A DNA stretch of 32,000 bases from Paracoccus suum (lineage in GTDB: Bacteria; Pseudomonadota; Alphaproteobacteria; Rhodobacterales; Rhodobacteraceae): assembly GCF_003324675.1 (NCBI RefSeq), contig NZ_CP030918.1:2100001-2132000 (forward strand), given 5' to 3'. The notes under the pieces are model-generated. The model saw only the letters and a program-made list of their open reading frames with translations. It searched no databases and was not told the origin of the DNA. This document shows positions 1 through 10,821 of the stretch, one piece after another. A program made the translations under genes and the position numbers. Position 1 is the first letter of the stretch. The number at the start of each line of letters is the position of its first letter.

Positions 1-1
1 T

Positions 2-736
2 GACCCCCACTACCATTACCAGCTGGCGATCGACGCGGGGCTGAACGCCTATGCGGCCCCGCTGGGGATGCTCGAAGCGGGGGCCGATACCTTTGCCGGC
101 CAGATCCCGACAATCCTAAAGTGCAACAGCGCCAACAGCCTGATGAGCGACACCGCCGGCAAGAACCAGGCGGTGACCGGCACGGTCGACGACGCCCTGC
201 GCCTCGGCTGCGCGGCCATCGGCTTTACCATCTACCCGGGCAGCGACATGGCCCTCGACATGTTCGAGGAGATCAGCCAGATGCGCGCCGAGGCTGCCGC
301 GGTCGGCATCCCGACCGTGATCTGGTCCTACCCGCGCGGTGAGGCGATCAGCAAGGACGGCGAGACCGCGATCGACATCGCGGCCTATGCCGCGCAGATC
401 GCGGCGCTGCTGGGCGCGCATATCATCAAGATCAAGCTGTCGACAGACGTTCTGGAGAACAAGGACGCCAAGAAGGTCTATCAGGAGCAGGGGATCGACA
501 TTTCGACCCAGGCGGCACGGGTGCGGCACTGCATGCAGGCAGCCTTTGGCGGCCGGCGCATCGTGGTGTTCTCGGGCGGCGCGGCCAAGGGCGAGGATGC
601 GGTCTACGAGGACGCCCGGGCGATCCGCGACGGCGGCGGCAACGGCAGCATTATCGGCCGCAACAGCTTCCAGCGCTCGCGCGAGGATGCGCTGGCCATG
701 CTGGGCAAGCTGGTCGAGATCTATCAGGGCGCCTGA
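2..736 (+). CDS. class I fructose-bisphosphate aldolase (FbaB/DhnA, DeoC/LacD-type), 5' end cut by window edge
   Basis: The frame is open from base 2: DPHYHYQLAIDAGLNAYAAPLG precedes the first Met of listed ORF 68..736. IIKIKLS, VVFSGG and GSIIGRNSFQR blocks fit this aldolase family as I recall it. GC3 is high and a terminator hairpin follows. Confidence 0.6.
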   Translation, partial: DPHYHYQLAIDAGLNAYAAPLGMLEAGADTFAGQIPTILKCNSANSLMSDTAGKNQAVTGTVDDALRLGCAAIGFTIYPGSDMALDMFEEISQMRAEAAAVGIPTVIWSYPRGEAISKDGETAIDIAAYAAQIAALLGAHIIKIKLSTDVLENKDAKKVYQEQGIDISTQAARVRHCMQAAFGGRRIVVFSGGAAKGEDAVYEDARAIRDGGGNGSIIGRNSFQRSREDALAMLGKLVEIYQGA

Positions 737-760
737 AAAGCCCGACCTTGAAAGCGACTG

Positions 761-789
761 CGGCGTCCTTCGGGGCGCCGTTTTCATTT
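761..789 (+). terminator. rho-independent terminator candidate after the aldolase gene
   Basis: Stem cggcgtcc (761-768), loop ttcg, stem gggcgccg (773-780, one G-T pair), followed by ttttcattt. Confidence 0.55.
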
Positions 790-865
790 GCCGGGAGGCC
801 GGTTGCCGTCGGATGCCACGGCAAAAGCTGGGAGCGCGGCGGTCGGGTGCATCCTCCGCCTGGTC

Positions 866-902
866 AAAAAAAACGGCGCCATGATGTGATGGCGCCGTTT
901 TA
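866..902. terminator. bidirectional rho-independent terminator
   Basis: Perfect 12-bp stem aaacggcgccat (871-882) / atggcgccgttt (889-900) with a 6-nt loop. An A-run lies on the left and a T-run on the right. It sits just beyond the stop of the minus-strand PBP gene. Confidence 0.7.
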
Positions 903-924
903 ATTCGATCCAGTCAATCTGCCG

Positions 925-2532
925 TCAGGGGGCGTTGACCGTGCATTTCTGCGAACGGGCCTGCAGTTTGTCACAGGCAAGCTGGGCTTGAGCGCGGCTG
1001 AGGTTGACGAAACGCGCCTCGTAGCCGCGCTTGCTCTCGCCGACTTTGCGCAGGCCTTCGCCCAGCGCGTCCGCCTCGCGCAATGCGGTTTTCAGCAGCA
1101 TCTGCTCAGCCTCAGCTTTGGAGCGGTAGCGGCCAAGGGTGATGCCCCAGTTGGTCGACGCCGCCTTGCCCGCCGCCGGGCGATCGCCCGACTCGAGCGA
1201 GGCGAGTTTTACGGTCCCGCCGTCAAGGGAGGCGGCGCTATCGCGGCGCGCCGGCCGGGCCGGGGCGAGTGCCGGTTCCGCTGAGGACTTGGCGGGCGGC
1301 GCCGCCGCGGCGCTGTCCGGGCTCAGGTCGCTGTCGGGCGACGAGCCCTCGGGCTTGGTCGGGGGGCGCAGGCTGGCCACGGCGCTGCCACTGTCGTCGC
1401 CCTCGGCGACCGGAGCCGGGGCGCGGGTGCGGGCCGGGACCGGACGCTCGGGCGACGGTTCGGGGCGGGTGGCCATCGCCTCGCGGAGTGCCTCGGACAG
1501 GTCGATCCCGCCCGGCGAGGGTGCGGCCGCGGCGACGCTCTGGGTGCGACGCACCGGCGCGACGCTGGTCGCGATCGAGGCAACGTTTGCCGCGGGACGC
1601 ACGGTGACCGTCCGCGGCACCGCCGCGACGGCCTGTGCCTGCGGCACGGTCGCGCGGCGCACGCGCTGCGGCTGGACGACGACGGTCGCCGGCTTGACCA
1701 CCGCGACCCGCGCCGGGCTGCGGCTGAAGCCGGCGTCCAGCAATTGCGCCATGATCTGGTTGCGCTGCGCGGTCGAGGTGCCGCCCATGACGGTCGCCAT
1801 GACGCGCTGCTGGCCGCGCTGAGCCGAAGCGGTCAGGTTGAAGCCGGCGGCACGCGTATATCCGGTCTTGATCCCGTCGGCGCCCTGGTAGTTGTCCAGA
1901 AAGCGCGCGTTGGTGCTGTTTACCGTGCCCACGCCAGCATCGGCGCTGCGGCGCGAGAAGATCGAATAATACTGGGGGAAGTCGTAGAACAGGTGCCGGC
2001 CGAGGATCGTCAGGTCATGCGCCGACGAGTAGTGCCCATCCGCCGACAGACCGTTGGCGTTGCGAAACTGGGTGTTGCGCATCCCCAGAGCGCGCGCAGT
2101 CGCGGTCATCTGCTGGGCGAACGCGGGCTCCGAGCCGGCGAGCCCCTCGCCGATCACCGTGGCCGCGTCATTGGCCGACTTCACGGCGGCGGCGCGGATC
2201 AAGTAGCGCAGCTCGATCTGCTGTCCGGGGCGCAGACCCAGCTTGGACGGCGGCATCGAGGCGGCGTGCTGGCTGACCGTGAAGCGGCTGTCGAGGCGCA
2301 CACGCCCCTGCTCGATCGCCGCAAAGGCCAGATATAGCGTCATCATCTTTGTCAGCGACGCAGGATGCAAAGGCGTGTCGCCGTTTTGCGAGTGCAGCGT
2401 CTTGCCCGTTCGTCCGTCCATCACGTAGGCCGCAAAAGGCGCCGCGCCTGCCTGCTGCGCAGTGGTCGCGGCCGTAAGTGCAACGGCGATCATCAGCAGG
2501 CCCGCACGGACCCTGAGCTTTAATGCATTCAC
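925..2532 (-). CDS. D-alanyl-D-alanine carboxypeptidase (S11, PBP5/6-like) with Pro/Ala-rich linker and C-terminal SPOR domain
   Basis: GTG start followed by a signal peptide ([19 protein letters not shown]). SxxK (SLTKMMT), SxN (KSAND) and KTG (IKTGYT) motifs are present. The last ~75 aa ([16 protein letters not shown]...[18 protein letters not shown]) look SPOR-like. Confidence 0.8.
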   Translation of the reverse strand: MNALKLRVRAGLLMIAVALTAATTAQQAGAAPFAAYVMDGRTGKTLHSQNGDTPLHPASLTKMMTLYLAFAAIEQGRVRLDSRFTVSQHAASMPPSKLGLRPGQQIELRYLIRAAAVKSANDAATVIGEGLAGSEPAFAQQMTATARALGMRNTQFRNANGLSADGHYSSAHDLTILGRHLFYDFPQYYSIFSRRSADAGVGTVNSTNARFLDNYQGADGIKTGYTRAAGFNLTASAQRGQQRVMATVMGGTSTAQRNQIMAQLLDAGFSRSPARVAVVKPATVVVQPQRVRRATVPQAQAVAAVPRTVTVRPAANVASIATSVAPVRRTQSVAAAAPSPGGIDLSEALREAMATRPEPSPERPVPARTRAPAPVAEGDDSGSAVASLRPPTKPEGSSPDSDLSPDSAAAAPPAKSSAEPALAPARPARRDSAASLDGGTVKLASLESGDRPAAGKAASTNWGITLGRYRSKAEAEQMLLKTALREADALGEGLRKVGESKRGYEARFVNLSRAQAQLACDKLQARSQKCTVNAP

Positions 2533-2809
2533 TGTCCCGGTCTTTCTGCCTGTGAGGCCCCGTCATGATGCGCGGCCTTCGTTAATAAACCGACAATACC
2601 ATGGTGCTTTGCAGGAAGAAACTTGCAATTTGCCAAGTTTTTCCGTCGGGCGGCGCAAAATCGCCTTCCCCGCCTGCCTGCGCTTGCTCTCGACGGCCGC
2701 ATCGCCGGTCGCAATTGCTACCCGGCGCGGCCCTTCCATCGGCCGGCGTTCGCCCTATATTCTGGTGCTGCCGCAATTCCTCCATCGACACCGAGGCTTC
2801 GTGATCGCG

Positions 2810-3184
2810 ATGAAAATAACCGCCGTCTTGACCCCGGACCGGCTGATGGCCCGGCCACCGGATAACCCCGGTGGCGATCACCACCATGACGACGAGATCG
2901 ATCTTGACGTTCGCACCAAACCGCGCACGCAGCGCCCACCGATGTATAAAGTTCTGCTTTTGAACGATGATTTCACGCCCATGGAATTCGTCGTCCATGT
3001 GCTGGAGCGATTGTTCGCAATGTCCCACGCCCAGGCGATCGAGATCATGCTGGCGGTCCATCGCCAAGGCCTCGCCGTAGTTGGTGTCTTCAGCCACGAG
3101 GTGGCCGAGACCAAGGTCATGCAGGTGATGGAACTCGCCCGGCGCCAGCAGCACCCGCTGCAGTGCACGATGGAAAAAGAGTGA
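2810..3184 (+). CDS. clpS: ATP-dependent Clp protease adaptor ClpS
   Basis: The core [27 protein letters not shown]...[19 protein letters not shown] is classic ClpS. The listed 240-aa ORF is over-extended. Plausible starts are ATG 2810 (GAGG upstream) or ATG 2846. Confidence 0.85.
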   Translation: MKITAVLTPDRLMARPPDNPGGDHHHDDEIDLDVRTKPRTQRPPMYKVLLLNDDFTPMEFVVHVLERLFAMSHAQAIEIMLAVHRQGLAVVGVFSHEVAETKVMQVMELARRQQHPLQCTMEKE

Positions 3185-4173
3185 GCGCCGGCACCGACGC
3201 GCGACTGGCGCTGGCATTTTCCGAACCGCCCGCGGCGCCGACCCTTTTGCTTGGGGCGCCGGCGGACCTCGAATCTGAACGATTCGCGCCCGACACTCTC
3301 GCCGTCCAGACCGACGCCGGGATGAATGGCGCGCTGACCCGTGCCGGGTGGCGCACCGATGTCTCAGCGGGGCAGGGACCCTATGCGAGCGCGGTCGTGT
3401 TTCTGGCCCGCGCCCGCGCGGCCCAACGCGCGCAGGTGGCCGAGGCGGCCCGGCTGCTGCCAGCGCGGGCCTCGCTCTGGGTGGACGGGCAGAAATCGGA
3501 CGGGATCGAGACGATGCTGCGTGATCTTCGCGGGTTGGCGACGGTCGATCCTCTGATCAGCAAGGCGCATGGCAAGCTTTTTCGCGTGACCATTCCCGAG
3601 GGACCGTGGTTGCCAGACGACTGGACCGCCACCGAGGCGCAGGTCGCAGACGGTTTCGTCACCCGGCCCGGGGTCTTTTCGGCCGATGGGCCCGACCCGG
3701 CCTCGCTGCTGCTGGCGCAGGCGCTGCCGCCCCGGCTGCCGACGCGGATGGTCGATCTTGGCGCCGGCTGGGGTTGGCTGGCGGCACAGGTGCTGGCCCG
3801 CGAGGGGGTCGACGTGCTGCATCTGGTCGAGGCCGACCACGATGCCCTGACATGCGCGCGCCGCAATGTGAGCGACCCACGGGCCCAGTTTCACTGGGCC
3901 GATGCGCTCGCCTTTCGTCTGCCTGAGCCGGTCAACGGCGTGGTGATGAACCCGCCGTTTCATGGCCCCGGGGGCAATGCCGACCCACGGCTTGGCGCGG
4001 GGTTCATCCGCGCGGCAGCGGGCTTGCTGACCGGGGCGGGACGCCTGTGGATGGTAGCCAACCGCCATCTTCCCTATGAGGCCGAACTCGCCAGCCATTT
4101 CCGCCAGGTCGAGGAAATCGGCGGCAACGGCGCCTTCAAGGTCATCACAGCCAGCGGTGCCCGCCGCAGCTAG
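3181..4173 (+). CDS. class I SAM-dependent methyltransferase, RsmC/RsmD-like (rRNA m2G type, MTS domain)
   Basis: SAM motif [10 protein letters not shown] and catalytic VVMNPPFH are present. GTG 3181 overlaps the clpS TGA (GTGA); the alternative is ATG 3163. Confidence 0.65.
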   Translation: MSAGTDARLALAFSEPPAAPTLLLGAPADLESERFAPDTLAVQTDAGMNGALTRAGWRTDVSAGQGPYASAVVFLARARAAQRAQVAEAARLLPARASLWVDGQKSDGIETMLRDLRGLATVDPLISKAHGKLFRVTIPEGPWLPDDWTATEAQVADGFVTRPGVFSADGPDPASLLLAQALPPRLPTRMVDLGAGWGWLAAQVLAREGVDVLHLVEADHDALTCARRNVSDPRAQFHWADALAFRLPEPVNGVVMNPPFHGPGGNADPRLGAGFIRAAAGLLTGAGRLWMVANRHLPYEAELASHFRQVEEIGGNGAFKVITASGARRS

Positions 4174-4685
4174 TCCTTGGACTTGAGCAGCTTGTCGAGG
4201 TTTGCGAAGGGCCGACGCGGAGCCTCGGCCTCGGCCTCCGGCTGCTCCAGCCCGGCACCCGGCGCGCGGGGATACAGCGGCAATGCCAGGCTGAGGGATT
4301 CGGTCGCGACCTCGCCCAGGTCGATCCACTGTCCAAGCGCCTCGATTTCGTCGCTCGTCATCTCGGTCTCGCCGCCCGCTTCGGGCTGGCGGACATGCGG
4401 CGACCAGACCCGGGTCACTTCCTCGTCCAGATGCGCGGGCACCGGCGCCAGGCTGACGACGCAGGGCTGCACGACATCGGCGGTCATCCGCCCTTCCAGC
4501 CGCCAGCCGTCGCCGTCGGGCATCAGCTTCCCTTCGAGGCGTAGCGCAGGCAGCGACAGCAGCCCCAATTCGCCAGCAATCACGGCCCGCGCCTCGGCGT
4601 CCGGTGCGTAATCGACCGCAAGCGTGGCGCGGCGGTTGAGGCGGGCGACATTGAGGCGCGCACTCGCGGCCGGAGATTGCGACAT
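4170..4685 (-). CDS. YceD/DUF177 family protein
   Basis: DUF177-like pattern (LEGRMTADVVQPCVVSLAPVPAHLDEEV ... IDLGEVATESLSLALPLYPR). ATG 4685 has GAGG about 8 nt upstream; the listed ORF start at 4715 is probably too long. Confidence 0.65.
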   Translation of the reverse strand: MSQSPAASARLNVARLNRRATLAVDYAPDAEARAVIAGELGLLSLPALRLEGKLMPDGDGWRLEGRMTADVVQPCVVSLAPVPAHLDEEVTRVWSPHVRQPEAGGETEMTSDEIEALGQWIDLGEVATESLSLALPLYPRAPGAGLEQPEAEAEAPRRPFANLDKLLKSKD

Positions 4686-4818
4686 CGGATACCTCGGTTG
4701 ACCATGCCGCGGCATTCTTGAGCGGCGGTGACGAGTTTGCTAAGGCGTGCAAGGCGCGTCAACCGCCTGACATGATTGCGCACGCGCAGTGGCCAGACCG
4801 GCCAGGATAGGGAGCTTC

Positions 4819-5268
4819 ATGAACCACGCCCGCCTCACCCCGCTGGTCCTCCTCTTGGCCCTCATCCTTTCATCTTGTGCGCCGGTGTTCCGAAACCACG
4901 GATATGTCCCCGACGATCAGTCGCTGGCCAGCATCGTCGTCGGGCAAACGACCCGCGACGAGGTGCCCTCGCTGATCGGCAGCCCCTCAGCCGAGGGGGT
5001 GCTGACCGGCGGCGCCTGGTTCTATGTAAAATCGCGCTTCGAGCATTTCGGCCCTTATCGCCCGGCCGAGATCAAGCGTGAGGTGGTGGCGATCAGCTTT
5101 GCCGAGAGCGGCACCGTCGCCAATGTCGAGCGCTTCGGGCTGGAGCGTGGGCGCGTCGTCGTTCTGTCCCAGCGCGTCACCGACCCGGGCGTCAGCGCGG
5201 CGAGCGCCTTGCGCCAGATCCTCGGCAACTTCGGCAAGTTCCGCGCCGATCAGATCTTCGGCCAGTAA
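4819..5268 (+). CDS. bamE: outer membrane protein assembly factor BamE (SmpA/OmlA lipoprotein)
   Basis: MNHARLTPLVLLLALILSSC is a lipoprotein signal with a lipobox. GQTTRDEVPSLIGSPS is an SmpA_OmlA-like block. GGGAG lies upstream of ATG 4819. Confidence 0.7.
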   Translation: MNHARLTPLVLLLALILSSCAPVFRNHGYVPDDQSLASIVVGQTTRDEVPSLIGSPSAEGVLTGGAWFYVKSRFEHFGPYRPAEIKREVVAISFAESGTVANVERFGLERGRVVVLSQRVTDPGVSAASALRQILGNFGKFRADQIFGQ

Positions 5269-5314
5269 AGGGAAGTTCGCCCGTGCCCGCCGTCAGGCGA
5301 GGCCGGCGGGTGCG

Positions 5315-5704
5315 TCAGGCGTCGGGCACAAACTCCAGCGCGACCCCGTTGATGCAGTATCGCAGATGCGAGGGGGGCGGCCCGTCGTTGAACACATGGC
5401 CGAGGTGCGCGTCGCACTGGTGGCAGCGGACCTCGGTCCGGACCATGCCGTGACTGCGGTCGGACAATTCGTCGATCTCGCCGCCGGCACGGGAAAAACT
5501 GGGCCAGCCGCAATGGCTCTCGAACTTCGCATCGCCCTCGAACAGGCGCGCGCCGCATCCGACGCAGACGTAATGGCCCGGCCCGTTCGGAAAGCCGGGG
5601 TGAGAAAACGGCCTCTCGGTGCCCGACTGCCGCGTCACGCGATATGCCTCGGGCGAGAGGGCCTCGCGCCACTCTGCATCGGTTTTCACAATCTTGCTTG
5701 CCAT
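5315..5704 (-). CDS. msrB: peptide-methionine (R)-S-oxide reductase MsrB
   Basis: Two CxxC pairs ([26 protein letters not shown]) and the catalytic RYCINGVAL block are present. AGGAGG lies 6 nt upstream of ATG 5704. Confidence 0.9.
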   Translation of the reverse strand: MASKIVKTDAEWREALSPEAYRVTRQSGTERPFSHPGFPNGPGHYVCVGCGARLFEGDAKFESHCGWPSFSRAGGEIDELSDRSHGMVRTEVRCHQCDAHLGHVFNDGPPPSHLRYCINGVALEFVPDA

Positions 5705-5808
5705 GCCATCCTCCTGCCGCGATATCGTCTCGCTTTCGACACAAACTAGGCGCAGGATAGCGCGGGGCAAGGGTTGCCACCGGCCCTGTGGCCTGCGCGG
5801 GTAGAAAG

Positions 5809-6573
5809 ATGCTGTCCTTGCTGAAGGGGCGCTATGTTGTTCGTGTCGCCGCGGCCGAGGCCGACCTGCAAGCCGCCCAGCGGCTGCGGTGGCTGTGTTT
5901 CATCGGCGCGCGTAATGGGACGCAGGATGGGACCAACGGGGCGCGATTGGACGCCGACCACCTTGATGACGTCTGCCAACATGTCCTGATCGAGGACCGC
6001 GCCAGCGGTACGCTGGTCGCCTGCTTTCGCATGCTCCTGCTGCAAGGGGGAGCCGAGATCGAACGCAGTTATTCTGCCCAGCACTACAACCTCGCGGCGT
6101 TGCGCGAGTTCAACGGACCAATGGTCGAGATCGGCCGGTTCTGCATCCATCCCGAATGGTCGGACCCCGACATCCTGCGCGTTGCCTGGGGGGCCCTGGC
6201 GACGCATGTCGAGGCCGAGGGGGTCGAATTGCTGTTCGGCTGCTCGTCCTTTTTCGGCACCGAGCCGGGGGCCTATACCGATGCCTTTGCCATGCTCGCG
6301 GCGCGTCACCTGGCGCCGAAGCGCTGGCTGCCGCGGGTCAAGGCGCCCAACGTGTTCCGCTTTGCGCGTGTCTTGAAGGCGATGCGGCCCGACGCGCGCC
6401 GCGCCCAGGCGGGCATGCCGCCGCTGCTGCGCAGCTATCTGGCAATGGGCGGCTGGGTCAGCGATCACGCTGTGGTCGACCGCAAGCTGGGCACGCTGCA
6501 CGTCTTTACCGGGCTCGAGATATCGGCCATTCCGCCTGCCCGCCGCCGGCTGCTGCGCGCCATCGGCGGCTAG
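5809..6573 (+). CDS. GNAT-fold N-acyltransferase, OlsB / N-acyl amino acid synthase-like (Acetyltransf_5 type)
   Basis: [20 protein letters not shown], [18 protein letters not shown] and [12 protein letters not shown] resemble ornithine-lipid OlsB / hemolysin-like acyltransferases as I recall them. Confidence 0.55.
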   Translation: MLSLLKGRYVVRVAAAEADLQAAQRLRWLCFIGARNGTQDGTNGARLDADHLDDVCQHVLIEDRASGTLVACFRMLLLQGGAEIERSYSAQHYNLAALREFNGPMVEIGRFCIHPEWSDPDILRVAWGALATHVEAEGVELLFGCSSFFGTEPGAYTDAFAMLAARHLAPKRWLPRVKAPNVFRFARVLKAMRPDARRAQAGMPPLLRSYLAMGGWVSDHAVVDRKLGTLHVFTGLEISAIPPARRRLLRAIGG

Positions 6574-6668
6574 GCGTCTTCGCAGGAATATCGCTGTGCG
6601 GTCATTGTGTTGGGAACATCGCGGCCCCCGCGGGGTTTTGCCTCGAAGCCAAGCCGGAGGTCGCCGCG

Positions 6669-6923
6669 ATGTCAAACAACGAACCAGATCTCAAGAAATC
6701 TGCCCGCTGGCATCAGCCGGCCATCTGGGGGATCGGCTTTGCGGTTCTTGCCGCTATCATCGCCGCTGTCGTTTTGCTGATTACCCCGTGGGAGGGCAAA
6801 GGTACGTTGGAGCAGGTGGTCCCGCCCTCCGTCACCGGCCCGGCAGGCGATACCCCGGCGCAGACCAACACCGCGCCGCAGGCCGCACCCGAGGGGACGG
6901 CCCCCGCCACGACCGGCGGCTGA
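6669..6923 (+). CDS. small membrane-anchored hypothetical protein with Pro/Thr/Ala-rich tail
   Basis: GGAGG lies 9 nt upstream of ATG 6669. One TM segment (IWGIGFAVLAAIIAAVVLLI). A strong terminator follows. Confidence 0.55.
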   Translation: MSNNEPDLKKSARWHQPAIWGIGFAVLAAIIAAVVLLITPWEGKGTLEQVVPPSVTGPAGDTPAQTNTAPQAAPEGTAPATTGG

Positions 6924-6943
6924 GAGCGCCGCGCCAGAAGTGC

Positions 6944-6972
6944 AAAAGCCCCGGTCTGGCCGGGGCTTTTTT
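6944..6972. terminator. bidirectional rho-independent terminator between convergent genes
   Basis: aaaa + gccccgg (6948-6954) / loop tctgg / ccggggc (6960-6966) + tttttt. Confidence 0.75.
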
Positions 6973-6975
6973 ACT

Positions 6976-8178
6976 TTAGCGGCGGGCTGCGATCAGTGCA
7001 GCGACGCCAGGCAAGTCGCGCCCCTCCATCCATTCGAGGAAAGCGCCGCCTGCGGTCGAGATGAAGGTGAAATCATCGGCCACCCCGGCCTTGTTCAGCG
7101 CCGCGACCGTATCGCCACCGCCTGCAACCGATACCAGTTGGCCGTTGCGGGTCAGTTCGGCCGCGGCTTTCGCGGCGGCGTTGGTCGCTGTGTCGAAAGG
7201 CGCGATCTCGAAGGCACCCAGCGGACCGTTCCAGATCAGCGTGCGGCACTGGACAAAGACGGCGGTGATCGCCTCGACCGTGCGCGGGCCGGCATCCAGA
7301 ATCATCGCATCCGCCGGGCAGGCATCGGCGGCCACGACCTCGGACGGTGCGCCTTCGCGGAACTCGCGGGCGACGACCACGTCCACCGGCAGATGAATGG
7401 TGCAGCCCTCACCCGTGGCGCGCGCCAGAATATCGCTCGCGGTGGCGGCCATGTCGCGTTCGGCCAGCGACTTTCCGACCTCGATCCCCTGCGCGACGAG
7501 GAAGGTATTGGCCATGCCGCCGCCGATCACCAGATGGTCAACCTTGGTGATCAGGTTCGAGAGCAGGTCCAGCTTGGTCGAGACTTTCGCGCCGCCGACC
7601 ACCGCCACAACGGGCCGGGTCGGCTGGCCCAGCGCGGCATTCAGCGCCGTCAGTTCGGCCTCCATCAGGCGGCCCGCGGCGGCCGGCAAAAGCCGCGCGA
7701 GCCCTTCGGTCGAGGCATGGGCGCGGTGCGAGGCGGAAAAGGCATCGTTCACGTAGGCCTGCCCGAGGGCGGCGAGCGAGGCGGCGAAGGTCGGATCGCC
7801 AGCCTCCTCGCCCTCGTGGAAGCGGGTATTTTCCATCAACAGGACCTCGCCCGGCTGCAGCGCCGCCACGGCGCGCTTGGCCGGCCCGCCGATGCAATCC
7901 TCGGCGAATTTCACCGGAACGCCCAGCGCCGCCTGCAGGGCAGGGACCACCTGCTGCAGGCTCATCGCCTCGACCCGCTTGCCCTTGGGCCGGTCGAAAT
8001 GCGCCAGAAGCACCGGCTTGCCGCCCCGGGCCATGATGTCGCGGACCGTCGGGACGATCTTTTCGATCCGGGTGGCGTCGGTGATCTGCCCGTTCTCGAC
8101 CGGCACATTCAGGTCGACGCGCACCAGAACCACCTTCCCGTCCAGTTCCAGATCGTCGATCGTCAGGAAATCGGCCAT
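6976..8178 (-). CDS. pgk: phosphoglycerate kinase
   Basis: [27 protein letters not shown]...RIEKIVPT...[10 protein letters not shown] is a typical Pgk N-terminus. This start gives 400 aa, with GAGAGGA upstream. The listed 693-aa ORF is over-extended through antisense of the PPIase genes. Confidence 0.92.
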   Translation of the reverse strand: MADFLTIDDLELDGKVVLVRVDLNVPVENGQITDATRIEKIVPTVRDIMARGGKPVLLAHFDRPKGKRVEAMSLQQVVPALQAALGVPVKFAEDCIGGPAKRAVAALQPGEVLLMENTRFHEGEEAGDPTFAASLAALGQAYVNDAFSASHRAHASTEGLARLLPAAAGRLMEAELTALNAALGQPTRPVVAVVGGAKVSTKLDLLSNLITKVDHLVIGGGMANTFLVAQGIEVGKSLAERDMAATASDILARATGEGCTIHLPVDVVVAREFREGAPSEVVAADACPADAMILDAGPRTVEAITAVFVQCRTLIWNGPLGAFEIAPFDTATNAAAKAAAELTRNGQLVSVAGGGDTVAALNKAGVADDFTFISTAGGAFLEWMEGRDLPGVAALIAARR

Positions 8179-8346
8179 TCGCGCATCCTCTCGTCCCGGT
8201 GATAACTCGCGAGGGGTTGTGCAAACCGCAGCCCGCCGCGTCAACCGCGACAGTCGCCTTGGACCCGAGGTGTGACCCCCGGCGTTGCACCCGTGCCGCC
8301 CGGCCGCTACGCCTGCGCCCGAGGCAAATCCAGAAGGGAGATCGGC

Positions 8347-8856
8347 ATGGCCGAGATCAAGGACCCCGAGAACACCATCGTCATGGAGCTGAAGGACGGC
8401 GGACGCGTCGTGATCGAGCTGCTGCCCGATGTCGCACCCCTGCACAGCGCACGCATGAAAGAGCTGGCGCGCAGCGGTGCCTATGACAACGTCGCGTTCC
8501 ATCGCGTGATCGACGGCTTCATGGCGCAGACTGGCGACGTCCAGCACGGCAACATGGAAAAGGACTTTGACCTGCGCCGCGCCGGAACCGGCGGCTCGGA
8601 CCTGGGCAATGTGAAGGCCGAGTTCTCGAAGCTGCCGCACGGGCGTGGCACCATCGGCGCCGCCCGCAGCCAGGACCCGAACAGCGCCAACAGCCAGTTC
8701 TTCATCAATTTCAAGGACAACGATTTCCTGAACGGGCAATACACCGTGTACGGCCGGGTGATCGAGGGCATGGAGCATGTCGACAAGATCGCCCGCGGCG
8801 AGCCGCCGGCCAGCCCGGACCGCATCGTCTCGATGAAGGTGGCCGCCGATGCGTAA
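8347..8856 (+). CDS. cyclophilin-type peptidyl-prolyl cis-trans isomerase (cytoplasmic form)
   Basis: [14 protein letters not shown] and NSANSQFFI cyclophilin signatures are present, with no signal peptide. AGGGAG lies upstream of ATG 8347. Confidence 0.88.
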   Translation: MAEIKDPENTIVMELKDGGRVVIELLPDVAPLHSARMKELARSGAYDNVAFHRVIDGFMAQTGDVQHGNMEKDFDLRRAGTGGSDLGNVKAEFSKLPHGRGTIGAARSQDPNSANSQFFINFKDNDFLNGQYTVYGRVIEGMEHVDKIARGEPPASPDRIVSMKVAADA

Positions 8857-9436
8857 GCTGATCATTGCGGGGCTGATGGCCTCGGTCGCCGGCATGGCGC
8901 ATGCGCAGGCTGCGCCCAAGGACGGGCCCGGCCCGAACCTGGTCATCCAGATCGCGGACGCCGAGGGCAAGGACAAGGGCACGATCACGCTCGATCTGTT
9001 CGCCGACAAGGCGCCCGAGCATGTCAAGCGCCTGACCGAACTGGCCAAGGCCGGCAAGTATGACGGCGTCGTCTTTCACCGCGTGATCGATGGCTTTATG
9101 GCTCAGACCGGCGATGTCCAGTATGGCAAGGCGGGCGGCGACACCGGCATGGCCGGGATGGGCGGCTCTGACCTGCCGGACCTGAAGGCCGAGTTCAACG
9201 ACGTCAGCTTTGGCCCGGGCGTCGTCGGCATGGCGCGCAGCGCCAGCCCCGACAGCGCCAACAGCCAGTTCTTCATCGACCTGGCGGCAGCGCCCTTCCT
9301 TGACGGGCAGTACACCGCGGTCGGCCAGTTGATCGACGGCATGGACGTGCTGAATGCCATCAAGAAGGGCAGCAGCAGCGATAACGGCAAGGTCGATGGG
9401 CCAGACGTCATGGCCAAGGTTACCGTGACCGAGTGA
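8849..9436 (+). CDS. cyclophilin-type peptidyl-prolyl cis-trans isomerase (periplasmic form)
   Basis: Signal peptide [21 protein letters not shown] plus the same cyclophilin blocks. It overlaps the upstream paralogue by 8 nt. Confidence 0.88.
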   Translation: MRKLIIAGLMASVAGMAHAQAAPKDGPGPNLVIQIADAEGKDKGTITLDLFADKAPEHVKRLTELAKAGKYDGVVFHRVIDGFMAQTGDVQYGKAGGDTGMAGMGGSDLPDLKAEFNDVSFGPGVVGMARSASPDSANSQFFIDLAAAPFLDGQYTAVGQLIDGMDVLNAIKKGSSSDNGKVDGPDVMAKVTVTE

Positions 9437-9488
9437 GCGCAGCGTTGGCGGGGCAGAGTCCCAGCCTTCTCAGTCGATAAAACAGAAC

Positions 9489-9517
9489 GGGCGCGGCATG
9501 ATTTGCCGCGCCCTTTT
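9489..9517. terminator. bidirectional rho-independent terminator (PPIase / tyrS convergent pair)
   Basis: Stem gggcgcggca (9489-9498) / tgccgcgccc (9504-9513), 5-nt loop, then tttt. Confidence 0.7.
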
Positions 9518-9521
9518 CCTA

Positions 9522-10763
9522 TCAGCCCAGCGTCACAAGCGCGTGGCGCTTGCGCCCGGCGGTCAGCTTGATCGGCTCGGCCAGGTCGGCGGCGCTGATC
9601 ATGGTGCCCTCGCTCGCCGGCGCGTCGTTCAGGCGCGCGCCGCCTTCGGCGATCAGGCGCTTGGCGTCCTTGCCCGATTTTGCGAGGCCCGCACGCACGA
9701 AAAGCTGGGTCAGGCTGATCCCATCGGCCAGTTCCTCGGCCGAGATCGTCAGCGTAGGCAGGTCCTCGCCCACGCCGCCCTGCTCGAATACCGCGCGGGC
9801 GGTGGCTTCGGCCGCCTCGGCTGCCTCTGGCCCGTGCAGCAGCCCAGTCACCTCGTTGGCGAGGATAATCTTCGCGGCATTGATCTCGGACCCTTGCAGC
9901 GCGCTGAGGCGCTCGCACTCGGCGAGCGGCAACTCGGTGTAGAGCTTGAGGAACCGGCCGACATCGGCATCCGTGGTGTTGCGCCAGAACTGCCAGAACT
10001 CGTAGGGGCTGAGCATGTCGGCGGACAGCCAGACCGCGCCGCCTTGCGACTTCCCCATCTTGCGGCCGTCGCTGGTCGTCAGCAGCGGCGAGGTCAGGCC
10101 AAAGATCTCGCGGTCCAGCACCCGCCGCGTCAAGTCGATGCCGTTGATGATATTGCCCCACTGGTCCGACCCGCCCATCTGCAGGCGGCAGTCGTGGCGC
10201 CGGTAAAGCTCCAGGAAATCATAGGCCTGGAGGATCATGTAGTTGAATTCCAGGAACGACAGCGACTGCTCGCGGTCGAGGCGCGACTTGACGCTCTCGA
10301 ATGCCAGCATCCGGTTGACCGAGAAATGCCGGCCAATATCGCGCAGGAAATCGAGATAGTTCAGCCCGTCCAGCCATTCGGCATTGTTCAGCATCACGGC
10401 GCCGTCCGCGCCGTAATCGAGGTAGCGGGCAAAGACGCGCTGCATGCCGTCGATGTTCGACTGGATCTGCTCCGGACCCAGCAGTGGGCGCTCGTCGCTG
10501 CGAAAGCTGGGATCGCCGACCTTGGTCGTGCCGCCGCCCATCAGCGTGATCGGCCGGTTGCCGGTCTTCTGAAACCAGCGCAGCATCATGATGTTCAGCA
10601 GGTGGCCCACATGCAGGCTGGCCGCCGTCGCGTCATAGCCGATATAGGCCGTCACCGGCCCGTCGAGCAGCGCCTCGTCCAGCGCCTCGATATCGGTGCA
10701 GTCGGCCAGATAGCCGCGGCTCGTCATGACGGACAAAAACTCGGATTTCGGCTTGTTTTGCAT
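9522..10763 (-). CDS. tyrS: tyrosine--tRNA ligase
   Basis: HIGH-type motif (ASLHVGHLL), KMSKS-type motif (KMGKS) and a C-terminal S4-like tail. ATG 10763 has GAGGA upstream and gives 413 aa. Confidence 0.92.
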   Translation of the reverse strand: MQNKPKSEFLSVMTSRGYLADCTDIEALDEALLDGPVTAYIGYDATAASLHVGHLLNIMMLRWFQKTGNRPITLMGGGTTKVGDPSFRSDERPLLGPEQIQSNIDGMQRVFARYLDYGADGAVMLNNAEWLDGLNYLDFLRDIGRHFSVNRMLAFESVKSRLDREQSLSFLEFNYMILQAYDFLELYRRHDCRLQMGGSDQWGNIINGIDLTRRVLDREIFGLTSPLLTTSDGRKMGKSQGGAVWLSADMLSPYEFWQFWRNTTDADVGRFLKLYTELPLAECERLSALQGSEINAAKIILANEVTGLLHGPEAAEAAEATARAVFEQGGVGEDLPTLTISAEELADGISLTQLFVRAGLAKSGKDAKRLIAEGGARLNDAPASEGTMISAADLAEPIKLTAGRKRHALVTLG

Positions 10764-10821
10764 GGGTCGATCCTCGCGAATGGTGGGGATATACGGCCCG
10801 TGGCGGGCAAGGGAAAGCGCG

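Noticed and set aside
2462-2809. A long N-terminal extension of ClpS (240-aa ORF).
   Set aside because: The ClpS family is about 100-125 aa. The extension overlaps the PBP gene start region and its promoter and has non-protein-like composition.
4170-4173. Convergent genes whose stop codons share one CTAG (also at 28715-28718).
   Set aside because: TAG stops on both strands inevitably create CTAG when they overlap by 2 nt. This is a curiosity rather than a signal.
3364-4752. Long ORFs (460+ aa here; likewise 5746-6675, 6940-8202, 9498-10868, 13192-14571, 14833-15987, 18398-19363, 30764-31948) that look like large genes.
   Set aside because: They are Arg/Pro/Gly/Ala-rich shadow frames antisense to, or out of frame with, genes that have clear family signatures. 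This is the expected artefact of stop-codon-poor high-GC DNA.
8179-8346. The divergent pgk / PPIase intergenic region, as a possible ncRNA or riboswitch.
   Set aside because: I saw no conserved-looking structure or recognisable riboswitch core. Ordinary divergent promoters explain it adequately.
6976-9057. A 693-aa ORF suggesting an N-terminally extended or fused phosphoglycerate kinase.
   Set aside because: Everything upstream of [10 protein letters not shown] (start 8178, good SD) is antisense to the two cyclophilin genes and has no protein-like composition. A normal 400-aa Pgk fits.
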